Shown: positions 1 to 11,854 of the stretch, one piece after another
Numbering within the stretch: the first letter of the stretch is position 1
Layout: the number at the start of each line of letters is the position of its first letter
Source of the DNA: Microbotryum violaceum
Lineage: Eukaryota
Direction of reading: 5' to 3'
Assembly: GCA_001244265.2 (NCBI GenBank)
Contig: LN717261.1
Location: 62,001 to 126,000 of the forward strand
DNA: 64,000 nucleotides
Notes under the pieces: generated by a model
Seen by the model: the letters and a program-made list of their open reading frames with translations, nothing else
Told to the model about the DNA's origin: nothing
Database searches by the model: none
Translations under genes and position numbers: made by a program

Positions 1-28
1 ACAATCTTAGATGTTGTCAACTGTGTAG

Positions 29-959
29 CTGCTCAAGTACAAGTCTTTAAAGAAGCCTTCTCGGTAAGCGGTTTGCCCATCCCCAGTCGAGTCCCTTTGA
101 GCCCGGATCGCTCAACCTTCTACAACTCGCAACCCCACTTGGTACTGACCCTCCCTGCATCTCTCTCACCTTTCTCAGCTACTCGACACCAACTCGGACG
201 GCTACATAACCCCCTCGGATCTCTCGACCCTTCTGACCCAACTCGGCCAACCGAATTCTGAAAAGTCGATCGCTCAACTTTTACACTCGACGGGTTTGGG
301 CCGGGAGGAGATGATGGAGGCAAAGGACGGGGGGAAGGGGATCAACTTTACGAGTGAGTCTTTGTGTGGAGTGCGGGTGGTGTACGTTCGGAGGTGCGAG
401 GATACTACTCTGGTATGATCTAATTCTCGTATTCTTTGACTGGCGCGATCGCGTTTCTTCAATTTTGGGCTCCTCTGCTACCGTCTAATCGCAGTGTTTG
501 TGACGATGATGGTAAGAGCAAAGATTTTCTTCATCTTCGTCAATGAACCTCCTGCACATATTAAACTCCTCAACTTCTTTCGTTTATCCCTCAAAAAGGC
601 CTCCCACCTCTCCCCTCTCTCTCCAACCTCGGAATTGAGCGAAGCTTTCTCCTCCTTCGACCCTACTCACTCGGGTCTCATCCGCGGCCGCGATTTGCAC
701 GCCCTCAAAAAGTGTTTGAAGGACGAAGGGGATGGAATGAGTGAGCAAGAGGTAGGTCAGACCCCTTTGGTATGAATTCACAGGAAACGAGGGGGAGAAG
801 AACGTAGCAGAATGGAAGCTAACTAAACGATCCGAACGGGGGGTATGCATCCAGATCGAACGTCTCTTCTCAGGTCCGTTCATGGATCGTGATGGCTCGT
901 TCAGGTATCGCGATTTGTGTCAGACCTTGAGGGTTACCGATGGAGGGGATGATGAATAG
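29..959 (+). CDS. Myosin regulatory light chain / EF-hand protein, multi-exon, 5' end probably upstream of the window
   Basis: Spliced translation AQVQVFKEAFS|LLDTNSDGYITPSDL...GKGINFT|..FVTMM|...ELSEAFSSFD...GDGMSEQE|IERLFSGPFMDRDGSFRYRDLCQTLRVTDGGDDE*. Contains an EF-hand (DTNSDGYI) and the INFT-xFxTM motif typical of RLCs. Canonical GT..AG introns, e.g. 64-178 and 752-854. Confidence 0.8.
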
Positions 960-2592
960 AAGGTGGCTTTATAGCTGGGAAGACCTTTTTCGGCGAGCCG
1001 TTTGGGTTCCGAGTCGTGGTGGAGCCCCATCTGATAGGTGCTCGCGTGTATTCTGTTTGGGTGGTCGTTCTTTCTTTTGTTGTTCGAATGTACAACTTTC
1101 ATCCTTCTCTACTTGTTCGACAGTTTTACGATTTCGGCCCTCGTAGGAAGCGCGATCAAAGGAGCCAAACCCTTCATCCGACAAGATGTGCATAACCTAG
1201 CGGGACAGGGCACTGATGAGGTAAGAAGCTTTGCTCCAGCTGAAGGACTCAACCCAGCGTGTACCACGCGCACCATTAAATATAAGAAAAGTCGGACGAT
1301 TGACGTCATTATCACCGCGCCGGAGTCCAGTTGCCGGTGAAGTGCCAGCCCCATTCAGCCAATTTGCGTCACTGTATCTGGGCCTCTTGAGGCTCGTAAC
1401 CGCGCCGCTTCGGAATATCTACAAGTCCTACTTTTCGGCTTTGAGCACGTTACAAAGGCAGTTTCGTATATCCGAGCCGTCGTGAGCCCAGTGTTGTTCT
1501 GGCGATCTCAGTGGGCATACAATTTAAAAGCCATGGGGGGCAAAGGGCACTCGATTCCGCCTTCCCACTGATCGATGAGAGGACCAGTCTATTCAGTGAA
1601 ACTCTGTAGTAACGCAAGGTGTTCTTTCTCCAGAAGATGAGTTAATATGTAAGATAGTCTGGGCGTGTGCTGTGTCTGAATGCGCGCCGAACGAAAGGTC
1701 CGATCCGCGACAATTGCAAGTTGAAAAGCCTGCGTTGACATTCACCTCGTCGGACCTTCCTTTCTCTGTCCCCCATCCCCCATCGATGTCTCCTCTAGAC
1801 CATGGATGTTCAAATCCTCCGAATCACCAAGATGCTCCACGCCTTACTCCCCCTCATGCTCAGAACCATTCTCGAGATCATTCAACTCGCCGCCCTTCCC
1901 ACCGCCGCCGTGATGCCACCCCTCGAGCGCCGGTCTAACGATGTAACGGTCGAGAAGTAAATTTTGCAGAGGAACGCCACTGCTGATGTGATTGTGGTGT
2001 AACAAAGGTTACTTTTCAGCTTTCTGATTATATTGACAACCTCGACAACAACGTGACCGCCCTTCAGCTCATGTCCTCGGGCCCCCTCCGAGTCTCCTTT
2101 TCCACCTGACACTGCCTCAGCATAGGGCGCTCACTAGACACTTGTCCCAACACCTCTGTCAACCGAGAGGTGCTGTCCATTTTTTGCGAAACTCTTGAGA
2201 CACTCAAACGGAACGAATAACTTAATCTCAACCTCACATTTTCTCAGACTAAAGCATCAACTCCGGCATGCTCTTGTAGGCAACAAAGCTAACAAAGGGC
2301 TAGAACGAGCCGCATCGGCCTGTGGCGTAAGAGCCCACATGCGGCCTGAGCGTTGAAGAGCCCGGTATCGGAGACTTTGACCAACACCGAAAGCAAGTTC
2401 GGTCTGTTTTTAAACAACGCTAGCAGGAGCGAGTTCCGTCTACTAGCAAAGGGCGGTGCAGCACCGCTTCACCAAGGCCCGAATCAGGTCCTCGCTTCTC
2501 TTCTTCTTTCCCCTCCCATCCTTTCAAGCCATCATTGGTTCGGTCAAATCCACCAGTCTCAAAGCTCAAACTTCTCACCTCGCACGTCAAGT

Positions 2593-3170
2593 ATGAAGTA
2601 TTCGCTCTTCTTCATCGCGTACGTCGTCATTGCCGCGGTCAACGCTCGGCTCTCCCCGCCTACCCTATCGAGTCCATTTCGGAAATCGACAAACTCTATA
2701 CTCCCGAGAAGCCTGCGTCTCGTCGAGTATCGCACCGACCATCCAGGTATCACATGCCTGGCCCTAGCCCGTAAGCTCTTCAGATCTGGACTAGGAAGGG
2801 CCCCATCTCTTGGTTGAATCTTCACTTACTTCTCCCCATCCCGTCGATTGCAGTGGAAGCGCGTCTCAGTGTTTAGACTGCTTCAATTGCCCGTGAGTGC
2901 CCACTCCTGACCGAAAGCGACGCACTCGATCTAAAACCTCCTCAAGAAGTCACGCTGCCAGCTGCCGAAGCCACGATGATAGCTAACTCTGAGCGTACGG
3001 ACATAACAGGCCTGCAGATAAGCTAGTTTATATACAACACTGCGAATCCGAAGCCACGATGATAGCTAACTCTGAGCGTACGGACATAACAGGCCTGCAG
3101 ATAAGCTAGTTTATATACAACACTGCGATTCGCCCCCAAAGGGGCGGCTCTGAGCCCCTTGGCTGTTGAC
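2593..3170 (+). pseudogene. Small secreted Cys-rich protein family 1, copy 1 (frameshifted pseudogene)
   Basis: Starts MKYSLFF like its paralogs. A 1-nt deletion at ~2644 (aacgctcggct vs paralog aacgtctcggct) shifts the frame. Same two intron positions as the paralogs; exon 2 encodes GSASQCLDCFNC. Carries an 83-bp tandem duplication and a further frameshift before the ancestral EPLGC* end. Confidence 0.8.
2965..3128 (+). repeat. Tandem duplication, 81 bp identical, period 83
   Basis: ccgaagccacgatgatagctaac...caacactgcga occurs at 2965-3045 and again at 3048-3128. Confidence 0.95.
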
Positions 3171-3295
3171 GGACCGAGGCGTTCCATGGCCGACAGGCCG
3201 TCCGATTCGCGGAATCGAGGTCGAACAACACCAAGCCGCACACCTATCGCCCTGCTTCGCATCGTCGCATCTAAAGATCCTTTCGAGAGCGCGTC

Positions 3296-4600
3296 AAGTT
3301 GCCCATCTATGACGAGGACAGAGGGTGGTGTGCATCGAGGACCGCGAAGACTGAGGCCAAGATGAGGAACCAGTCGAGCAAGCGCTCGATATATCTGAGC
3401 TTTGATCCCGGTTGTAAATGCCGAGTGGGATTGGGGAGTTGGGAGGAGATGCTGGAGATTGACTCACGCTTGATGTGCAGAGTAGGCTCAAAGGTTGTAA
3501 GCGCCGGCAATATCTCGTTCTGAATGTGGGCGTAACCAAAAGTTCCATGAAGCAGCTCGGTTCGTCGATCCAACTGCTGATCGTTGACGTGATGTGCGAC
3601 GTCAACGTTGTCAACGGTCATGTGGAAGTACTTGTTCGAGCCAATCTCCCAATTCGCCTTCATCAAGCTCGCAGCTGCCTGTAGAGTCGCCCAGCGAGAT
3701 GTCGTCAAGCCGCAATCGTACAGAAATGTTGTCAATCGGTCGTTCGCTCCACATGCGAGAGTCATGAGACGGTTGCGATGCTGCATGGTGTTGTTCCCTC
3801 GGTTGCAAGCGAATTCGATCTGACCCATGACACTGCGGTAAAGCTGTGGCCAGCGTGTTGATCTTTGGTGTCAGTTCGCTGCGATACCCAGCCGAGCTAG
3901 GGTCAGAAACACTCACAAACTCGATACGCCTTTTTTCGTGACCAGGCTCTTGCTCTTGCTCTGGATCGGAACCATTCTCCGGGGTGGCTTCTTTCATCTC
4001 GACATCAGTGGAGGCTGTTGGGTCCTTGTCGCAATTGATTGGCTCAGCCGGTGGTGGGTCTCCGCATTGTGATAGCAAGTTACGAATCCGTCCGCTGATA
4101 AAAAGGGTTGTCTTCGGCGATTGCATCGAGCCGGGCGTCGATGTAATCGGATGCTAGGACTTGGGGAGTCAAGTCATGACTAACGACAAAGGCGGACTTG
4201 GTCCGCTTCATCTCTTGCATGATGATCGAGTCGGCCTGCACGCGGATAAGGCAAGTTTTCAGTAGCTTTATTGAATTCGGAGAATCAATCCAAAAAGTAC
4301 GAAGAGTTGCTCACCTGCTCGGCGATGGCAGTCATTGATTTGGCTTCTTGACTGTGCGCCATCCTCGCATGCAAGTCGTAGAATCAGATCAAGGACTCGC
4401 TTGGGGCTGGACCAGTTGCTGTTGAACAGCTTTGGTCGGTTTGTTTGAATGCCTTCAAATCGTGTGGATGGGCGGAAGTACCACGATAGGTATTGACATA
4501 GCGAGAGATCGCGGCTACAAAACTCAGCGACTAGATCCGCCTCGCGGCGGTTGTTCTGGCGAGTTGATGAGGTACGGCGTCTGCTAATTCGGGTCATTTT
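3296..4600 (-). mobile_element. Degenerate DUF6589-like putative transposase fragment
   Basis: ORF 3307-3828 has FACNRGNNTMQHRN..LACGANDRL..FL..CGLTTSR and VDNVDV..HV..Q....TELLHGTFGYAH. These resemble multicopy rust-fungal DUF6589 proteins (DNxD...HGTWGYxH) as I recall them. Broken across frames and truncated. Confidence 0.55.
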
Positions 4601-5249
4601 TGGTTGTAGATATTGTCGCGCTAATGTGGCCGACGGTTACTCGTGAAAAGAAGAGAACAGCGAAGCGTACGGAAAGGGATCAAGCCGAACGCCGGGGCAG
4701 GCTCGCCGATGATACTCTAAGGAACGGTTAGTCGGGCGCGAGTCGAGGTAGTCGGGCGCGAGTCGGCGCTCAGTCGGGCGCGAATCGGGATTGGCTAGCG
4801 GTCCCGGGAGTCGCCGCCGAGTCGGTGCTTAGTCGGGCAACTGTCGGGCGAGTCGGGCGCGAGTCGAGACCGTTAGTCGGCGGGGAGTCGGCCGGGAGTC
4901 GACTACTAGTCGGTTGTGAACTCGTTGGCGAGCCATTGGGAGTCGGGCGCTTTCAGCCCCAAGTCGGAGAGTGGTCCACACGATTTCAACTCTCCAAAAG
5001 CCGCTTGCATAGTGATTTTTAGCACCGCTAAAGCTGAACAGACATGCGCCCGAGGCGAGCCAGAGTTGAGCACGAGTCAGACGACTAGCACCTTGCTCTC
5101 TTTGCCTCTACCCGGCGCTATGCTCTCGTGTACACAATACCCTCGACTCAAAGTGAGTGGTACAGGATGTGGCATGGATGATGGACATAGATGTGGGATG
5201 GGGGATGGGGGGCGTGTCCAATCTGATGCTCAAATCTACTTTTGCAGAA

Positions 5250-8018
5250 CTAGCACTCGAAAACCCTCACCATGGTGGATCCGTCGTTATCGAATATGTC
5301 CTCAAACACGTACATGCGTGGGTCCTTGGTCGAGTAGTACGCACCGACTAGCTTGTTCACGGCCTCGATCGGAATCACGGCTGGTGTCGTGGGCTCCGTG
5401 CGAACGAACGGCATCGACTTGTACAACAGTCGCGCCGGCGGGTACAGTTCGGCGACGACGGCAAGACGCGAACGCCCAAGCTTGAGTTGCTTGAGTTCGA
5501 CATGGGACGGTACCCGTACGATCGCCATGGCTCGACCAATCGTGTACATCGCTTTACGAGTCTGAGCTCCCGTCGAATCGAACGATGTCGTCACAAAGCG
5601 AGACGCCTGCCGCCGGTCGTTGTCGTCTTCACCTTCGCGCCTCGTCGTCGACAAGTAGTTTCGCTTGGCATTACTGAGCGTGGCACGACCGTAGTGATCC
5701 CAGTAAACGACTTCGTCTTCGATGCTTCCGACCAACCCTCTTATTTTGCCGTCCCCAAACGCCTTCATCCAAGCTTCGCACTCTCGGTGCCAGTCCTCGC
5801 TGGTTCGAGTCTCGACCGGCGAGAAGAGCGTCAAGACCCGTCCTGGCTCAGGCAGCGACGGTTCGGGCAAAAGCGCTAGCACGAGTGCGGCGCACTCGGG
5901 ATCGTTGTCCGCCCAGCACTTCTGCTGTTCGCGTACGATGGTCTGTGAAGCGGTGTCGAAGGCAAACACCCAGTCACGGTCAGCCGCAGGCATCCCGAGC
6001 ACTTCCCCGCTGCTCTGGGGACTTGCCTTCTTCATCAAGCTCATGCACGGGCTCACGTTCGAAGTCGCGTCCTTCTTGCAGTAGCCGATGACTCGCTCGA
6101 GCTGCAACTGCGACACAAGGCTGAGGTTACCGACCCGCTTGATCCATTCCCCGAGGTGGTGAAGTTTGTGAATGGCCAAGGGCATCGCTTCGACCCGGTT
6201 CCCGCTGAATCCGACATACAGACGCTCTTGCTCCTGTACGAACCGGTCGGCGAGCTCGTCGATGATTTGGATGCGTTCAATGCTGGCGGGGCTGCGGTCG
6301 AGCACAAGCCTGACGAGCCTGACGAAGTCAGCCCAGTGTGCGACGTACTTGTCGGGCATGCCGGCGTCTCGGAGGACGGCGACGGATCCATTCAACTCAA
6401 ATTGCAACCACTCGTGAATCTTGTAGCACGTGTTGGCCTTCTCTTGAGGGTTTCGCAGGTAGGTTCCGAATGCGCTTGGCGTCGTCACCTGGGCACCTTC
6501 GAGCAAAGCCACAGCGGTGGAGAGGATGCGAGTGCCATCTTTTACGGATCTCCAGCAGACAGGTGACTTCCACAGTAGAGCGGGAATGTTGTTCCCCAGC
6601 AGGTGTGCAATGTCGATTGGGAAGGACCCGGGCACGTCGAACAGTGTCGATTTGGCGGCGAGTGGAATTGCTGAGATGCCGAATTGTGTGCGCACCTTCT
6701 TGCTCGCTCGTTCGCTGAGCGTCGGGTTGAAAGCTTTCGAGATTTGTGCCTTGTATCGCGCCAGGGTTCTGGGCCTGGGACGGGGAGCACCGTTGTATGG
6801 GTAGTAGCCCCTGATCGCTCGATGGGCGTTGACTTGTTTGCGCGCGGTCGATGGGGGCACGGCCTTTCGCCTTTTTCGAGGTCGCTCGTCGCCGTCTCCA
6901 TCCCCGTCGTCGTCGTCGCCGTCCTCGTCACTGTTGTCGCCGCCATCATCTTCGCCGGTGTCCTCTTCTGCGGCTTTCTTCCTGCCCACGCAGCGATCTC
7001 TTCTGTATGTTGCTTGGCCGTCTTCGACCATGTAGTGGCCGGCGCCGTTGGGTTTGGTCGCCGACGGCATCTCGCAGTTATCGCATGGGAAGGTACCGCG
7101 GCTCATCGCAAAGCCCGACTGCTTAGCTTGTCCCATAAGATCAGCTAGGAAGAAGAGGATGTAGCCTCCCCATAGGAACCAGGTGTGATCGATGGAATCA
7201 AAAATCCAAATTCCCCTTGCCGCTTCCTCGAACCGCTTCAAGATGATGAAGGCGAAGCTGTCAAAGTCCGTCGTTGTTGTCGCACATGGGGCAATGACAA
7301 GGACGTAGGTACTGTCGCGGCGATATCGACCGGACTCGATTGGGATGTTGTACAGAGTGACCGTCCATATCCAGAACGAACCCTCTCTGTTCTCCTTCAC
7401 CAGCGCACCGTCGGTCGACAGACCAAAGAATCCGTTTTGTTCGTCATTGAAGACGCCTGCCTCAAATGCACGTGCCAGAGCTTGACCGGACGAGACGTCG
7501 CTGTAGCCGCCGGCGTGCGGATCGCCTCGAGCCTTGCGAAGACTGATGAACCGCCTCATCTCCTCGTGCAGCGAGCGAAGCATTTTGGCCTGCTGCTGGC
7601 AGCCATACATGGCCTTGATCCGCGGGACCGGGTCCAGGAAGACTGCCTGCTTTCGAGGTCTTCGTTGGAGATTGCCGCGGCGAGTCCTGATCGTCTTGAA
7701 TCTCGGTTCGGTGCATCGTTCCGTGATCGTCTTCTTCTTCTTCGTCTCGGGGTCGGTGTCCACGCGTTTGTGCAAAGTTCCACACACCTCTTGGTCAGCG
7801 TGGGGGCCGACGAATGCCACGTGTCCCTCGATACAGATGTCGAACCATTCGGCTTCGAGCTGTAATGCTGTCTGGATGAACTCCGCCATCCCCCGCATCG
7901 ACATACATCGCCGAGGATCCACACCTTTTTGCACATTTGCTTCTTGAATTAGATGAAGGTACTGCTTATCGGACATGTCGCTGTCCAGTGCGCAGATGAA
8001 GCAGCGTAGCGACAGCAT
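5250..8018 (-). CDS. CACTA-family (Transposase_21/Tnp2 plus DUF4218-like) transposase, 922-aa open ORF
   Basis: Motifs GLSTDG..., YNIP, ADLMG...PCDNC, PIDIAHLLGNN and HKLHHLGEWIKRVGNL..VSQLQLERVIG match the CACTA DDE transposase pattern. An upstream exon is possible. Confidence 0.88.
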   Translation of the reverse strand: MLSLRCFICALDSDMSDKQYLHLIQEANVQKGVDPRRCMSMRGMAEFIQTALQLEAEWFDICIEGHVAFVGPHADQEVCGTLHKRVDTDPETKKKKTITERCTEPRFKTIRTRRGNLQRRPRKQAVFLDPVPRIKAMYGCQQQAKMLRSLHEEMRRFISLRKARGDPHAGGYSDVSSGQALARAFEAGVFNDEQNGFFGLSTDGALVKENREGSFWIWTVTLYNIPIESGRYRRDSTYVLVIAPCATTTTDFDSFAFIILKRFEEAARGIWIFDSIDHTWFLWGGYILFFLADLMGQAKQSGFAMSRGTFPCDNCEMPSATKPNGAGHYMVEDGQATYRRDRCVGRKKAAEEDTGEDDGGDNSDEDGDDDDGDGDGDERPRKRRKAVPPSTARKQVNAHRAIRGYYPYNGAPRPRPRTLARYKAQISKAFNPTLSERASKKVRTQFGISAIPLAAKSTLFDVPGSFPIDIAHLLGNNIPALLWKSPVCWRSVKDGTRILSTAVALLEGAQVTTPSAFGTYLRNPQEKANTCYKIHEWLQFELNGSVAVLRDAGMPDKYVAHWADFVRLVRLVLDRSPASIERIQIIDELADRFVQEQERLYVGFSGNRVEAMPLAIHKLHHLGEWIKRVGNLSLVSQLQLERVIGYCKKDATSNVSPCMSLMKKASPQSSGEVLGMPAADRDWVFAFDTASQTIVREQQKCWADNDPECAALVLALLPEPSLPEPGRVLTLFSPVETRTSEDWHRECEAWMKAFGDGKIRGLVGSIEDEVVYWDHYGRATLSNAKRNYLSTTRREGEDDNDRRQASRFVTTSFDSTGAQTRKAMYTIGRAMAIVRVPSHVELKQLKLGRSRLAVVAELYPPARLLYKSMPFVRTEPTTPAVIPIEAVNKLVGAYYSTKDPRMYVFEDIFDNDGSTMVRVFEC

Positions 8019-8605
8019 CTGTTCAGGACTAAGGTCCGATAGTCTGATTCGAGGAGTAGGTGGACCAGAGGGTGGCTGCGGAGGAGGTTCGTACGAGGTC
8101 GACAGTCACAGGCGTGGAGGAAGCAGCGACAGCGAAATTGTGTCGAGCCACCGCCTGAGATCTGAGGGATACGACGAAACAGTGACCAGAATGTCAGAAA
8201 CTTCGAATAGATGTCACAGCTCGTTATAATCACTGAGGAACTCGGCGGCATCTAGCTTGCGAGATGGTGGTGCGACCGAAGATGTGCCGGTGAAATCAAG
8301 TCACGGACTATTGTGCCTTCTCGCCCTTGCAGCGCCCGATCGATCAACTCGGCCGGTGAGGCCGGCTTGCTCGCTCCTTTCCCAGCCCTAAAACTGTACT
8401 ATAACCGGTGTAACCGGTGTTAACCACCTCCTGAGCCGGTGGCGACGGTGACGGTTAAGCGCTAAGCGACCGGCAGTTGACACCGAGCCTCTCCTAGAAC
8501 TCACTAAATCGGCCTACACCGCTTTAAAGCGCGCGGTTTGGCCCAGAGTGCCCAGGTGGCCCCGATCGCGCTCTCCATCATTACCCACTTGACACCATCA
8601 AGAAC

Positions 8606-9721
8606 ATGTACGACAACGAGGATAGTGGATATGAGACCCAAAACAACGGCAAGACCGATAGAATGATATTTCATTCTATCGGCGACGCACGAGGAGCTTC
8701 TCCTTCACCCACTTTACCACTCTAAAGTCGATGAGCTGTACAACTTTTACCGACAACGCAGCGAGCAGCTCCCGATCAAAATCCCAGCAGGGGTTCGCGA
8801 TTCTTCGAGCTGCGGACCAAATCCTCAAGGCCAAGCAGAGGATTTTTCTGTCACCACTTGGTTGTCGCCTGTTCAACGGCCTGTCGAGGCAGACCCTTTG
8901 GTTCTCTGGACGCGCCGGGAAGGAAAAGGCCCAAACCCCCAAGCTCCGTCTTCCTTTCGTCCTCCGAACCCAATCGGGAAAAATGGTGTTGGACCTCAAG
9001 TTCAAAGATAGAGTCTCGTACGCTCGCGACGTCGATCAAGGGAAAAAACTCGTGGCTCGACTCATCCGATCGTCGTGGTCACACGACAACGTCAACTGTT
9101 GAACTCCGTTCCTCGACAAACTCCAAAATTAATATCATAACTCACTCTTTGCGCCCGCCACCAAGATTCTAGAAGGGCTCAAAACGGTCGGTCCGCTACT
9201 TCGTCTCTGCTCAGCGTCGTACAAGGCGCATGTCTGGCTCGGCGACATCCTAGAAAACCTGCGAGCGCAGTGCCGCCCGAAGCTGGTAGCATTCCTCGAG
9301 GTCAACCCCGGCTTCAAAGTCCACGGCAAGCGAATCCCCTTCACCAGAAGGGTAAAGCCGAAGGAGAACAACAGCGGAGGGCGAAATGGAGGGGCCCGCT
9401 CAAGTCAAGGGGAGCAGGTAAGGTTGGTCTTTGTTTTCCGTGCTGCTGATACTGATGCTTGTACGCCGGTCAAACAGCTGCGCTTTGATCCGGAAGAGGC
9501 TGAAATGTGCGAAGAAGAGCAGGAAGAAGAGCAGGGAAGCGAAGGAGAGAAGGAACGAGCTGGAACCGACTACGACGATGACGACGATGAATACAGCGAG
9601 ACTGTGAGCCGAGCGCTTCCGCGGTTCTCTGCACGCATGGCCGGCGGGCTGAGTTTCTTCTGATTTTGAAACCCCTCATAGATGCGCTTGGCGGAGCAAA
9701 CGTACCCGACCCTGCCGAATG
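8606..9721 (+). CDS. Transposon-internal gene A (unknown; possible TnpA-like accessory), multi-exon, model uncertain
   Basis: Open segments ILEGLKTVGPLLRLCSASYKAHVWLG...QGEQ|gtaagg and acidic LRFDPEEAEMCEEEQEEE...DDDDDEYSET|gtgagc are bounded by splice sites. Divergent from the transposase. Confidence 0.4.
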
Positions 9722-9866
9722 GTAAGCAAAACCCAGTGCCCGATAGCACAACATCAAATTGTCTCGAGAGCTGACTTTGCGTGTTGCACACTGCTCGTAG
9801 CACCCGCTGTCCCCATTACGTTCACTTCTCACTGTATCCGATTATACACGCTGACGGACACGACGC

Positions 9867-11854
9867 ATGACACCAGCCCGACTTTGCTGGCTTGGTGATA
9901 CGGGCGCCGACGACCTAAGTCGCGATCTTCAACGTTTGCTCAATAGTGCGACCGAACTTTGCCGATACGACAAAACGTTCTCGTCAACTCAAAAACATGT
10001 TCATCCCCACATCGAGAAATTCGCACAGGATCTTGCTAAGTTGCAACTGAGCGCTGAGACAAACGGGCTCAATCGAGACGACCTCGACAATGGGGGTGCC
10101 CAGTTTGGGCACGGCAAGTTGGGACTCACTGAGCTCGCTGAAACCCGAGAATACCTCGCCAACTGGCCCAACTGGTCCATTCGGGACGTCGTCACCCGAC
10201 GCTGGAACTGTATTGCGGCCATCGCGCGGGACGAGTTTGCACACGTACGTCGCAAGGGCAAGGCTACGGCAAGGAATGGCGACGACGGTCAAACGCTCGC
10301 CAAGGTCAAGGTTGGCTATATTTTCAGGGCAGCAATGGTGCCGACAGTGCAGGACGTGATGAAGACGGTCGAGCAGGCGCTGGACGAACACAAGAAGGAA
10401 ACCCGTGGTGAGGTCGAGAGTGAATCGGCGACGACGAGCAGCAACGTGAGTGGCTTTGCGGCCGGGCAACTGATTCCTCGCTTTTCTCCTGACTCTGCTG
10501 CCACTCGATGTCCCGCGCATGGTATATTCCCACACGCAGACGTCTCGCTCGAAGCGCCCAGCGGGAGCGACGGGAGCAGGATCTTCCGTTGCGAAGAAGA
10601 GGGCGAAACGTAAGTCTGCCCGCCGCCTCGAGCTCGAGATCTCGAAACGAACACCGCGATCGTGTTGGGCTCACCACCGCTTCCAATTCCACTCGAACTA
10701 GTTACCGATGACGCAACGCTCCAACAGCTCCCTTCCGCCATACCGGACCAAATCAACAAGACGATCGCGACTCCGCTCGCGAAGAAGCACGGGAGAGGCA
10801 ACCTTCCGAAGCATGCCTCTCCCAAGACGGTGGCGACGCAGCCCGTAAGCAAAACACTTGGACGCTTGCGAGTACCAGCCTCTGACACCGAGTATTACGG
10901 CCAATCACATTAATCACAGGCGATTGTGGGTTCTGAAAAGCTGGGTGCGGCGGCGAATGCTGGAGGAAGGGCGCACCGAAGATAGGTTCCGTTGCCGCAG
11001 CCTGATTGCTTGTGTACTTTTTTTTTCTTCTACTCCTACTCCCCCTTCTTCTTCTGCGTGGCAATACATGTGACGTAATTGCCGTGCCAAGAACCCGTCA
11101 AGTCGTCTGAAATATATCGCAACTTGCTGATCGGAAAAGGACAGCTTTGATCAGATGTTCGGAAGATCACGTGTGAGGGTAAGCGGGCAGGTGAGGAAAA
11201 GCAAGCCAATGTTTCAGATAACGGTAATCGCTTGCATGCATACTGCTACGGTCGACTCGAGCAATTCTACAACGGACCGATAGTCGACAAGACAGGCCGG
11301 CCGGCCGGGTGAGTATTGCTCCCCAGACCGGCCAGCGCAAGCTGTACGAACAGACTCTGCCAGTCGAGAGTCTGTGCCGGCTGACAAGCGGAGGGTCAGG
11401 AGGCTACCGATCGCGTCCGGGGATCTGGACCCTGGACACGGCGGCTACATGTTCGAGAAAGCGTTGCACCACAGCTACTGTGGGGTAAAGGCGCCATCCG
11501 AGGTAACGCTGGTGTCTTGCTCCCAGACAGATTGGCGAGGTCCAAGTTGGTGGGCGAGCGCGAAACACGAGACACGCTGGATATCGACAGAGTGATGTCG
11601 TCCATCGAATTGCGGAGCCCAAGCGGGAAATCGAGGTCGTGGGCTATCAGGCTGCGAAGGTCTATCGAGTCCCGTCGACGCACATCGACGAGGCTGCCGG
11701 CAAGACCGTGAATCGATGTGACGTGACGGTAGGTACTTCCAATGGCCTGGCTGCGCTCGAGATTCTCGCAGCTATGACGGTGCCGAAGCAATGGCGAATC
11801 TTTTCAGGGTCATCGGTCACGTTAGGGCCATGGAGAGGCATCAACAATGGATAA
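9867..11854 (+). CDS. Transposon-internal gene B (unknown), multi-exon
   Basis: A 248-aa ORF (9867-10613) ends at a gtaagt donor (~10610). Further open segments at 10662-10913 and ~11400-11854. No recognised domain. Confidence 0.45.

Noticed and set aside
2893-3009. Intron motif CTGACCGAAAG / ATGATAG..CTGA as a hammerhead, TPP riboswitch or box C/D snoRNA
   Set aside because: Lacks the complete CUGAUGA..GAAA core, the TPP consensus and properly spaced C/D boxes. Kept only as a conserved intron segment.
4730-4970. Regularly recurring AGTCGGGCGCG units resembling a CRISPR array
   Set aside because: Eukaryotic context, no unique spacers, mirrored at 12400-12650. These are subterminal repeats of the CACTA element.
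5353-7950. Many overlapping plus-strand ORFs opposite the transposase (also opposite the vWA, DnaJ and Rqc1 genes)
   Set aside because: Antisense shadows of GC-rich coding sequence with no recognisable motifs.
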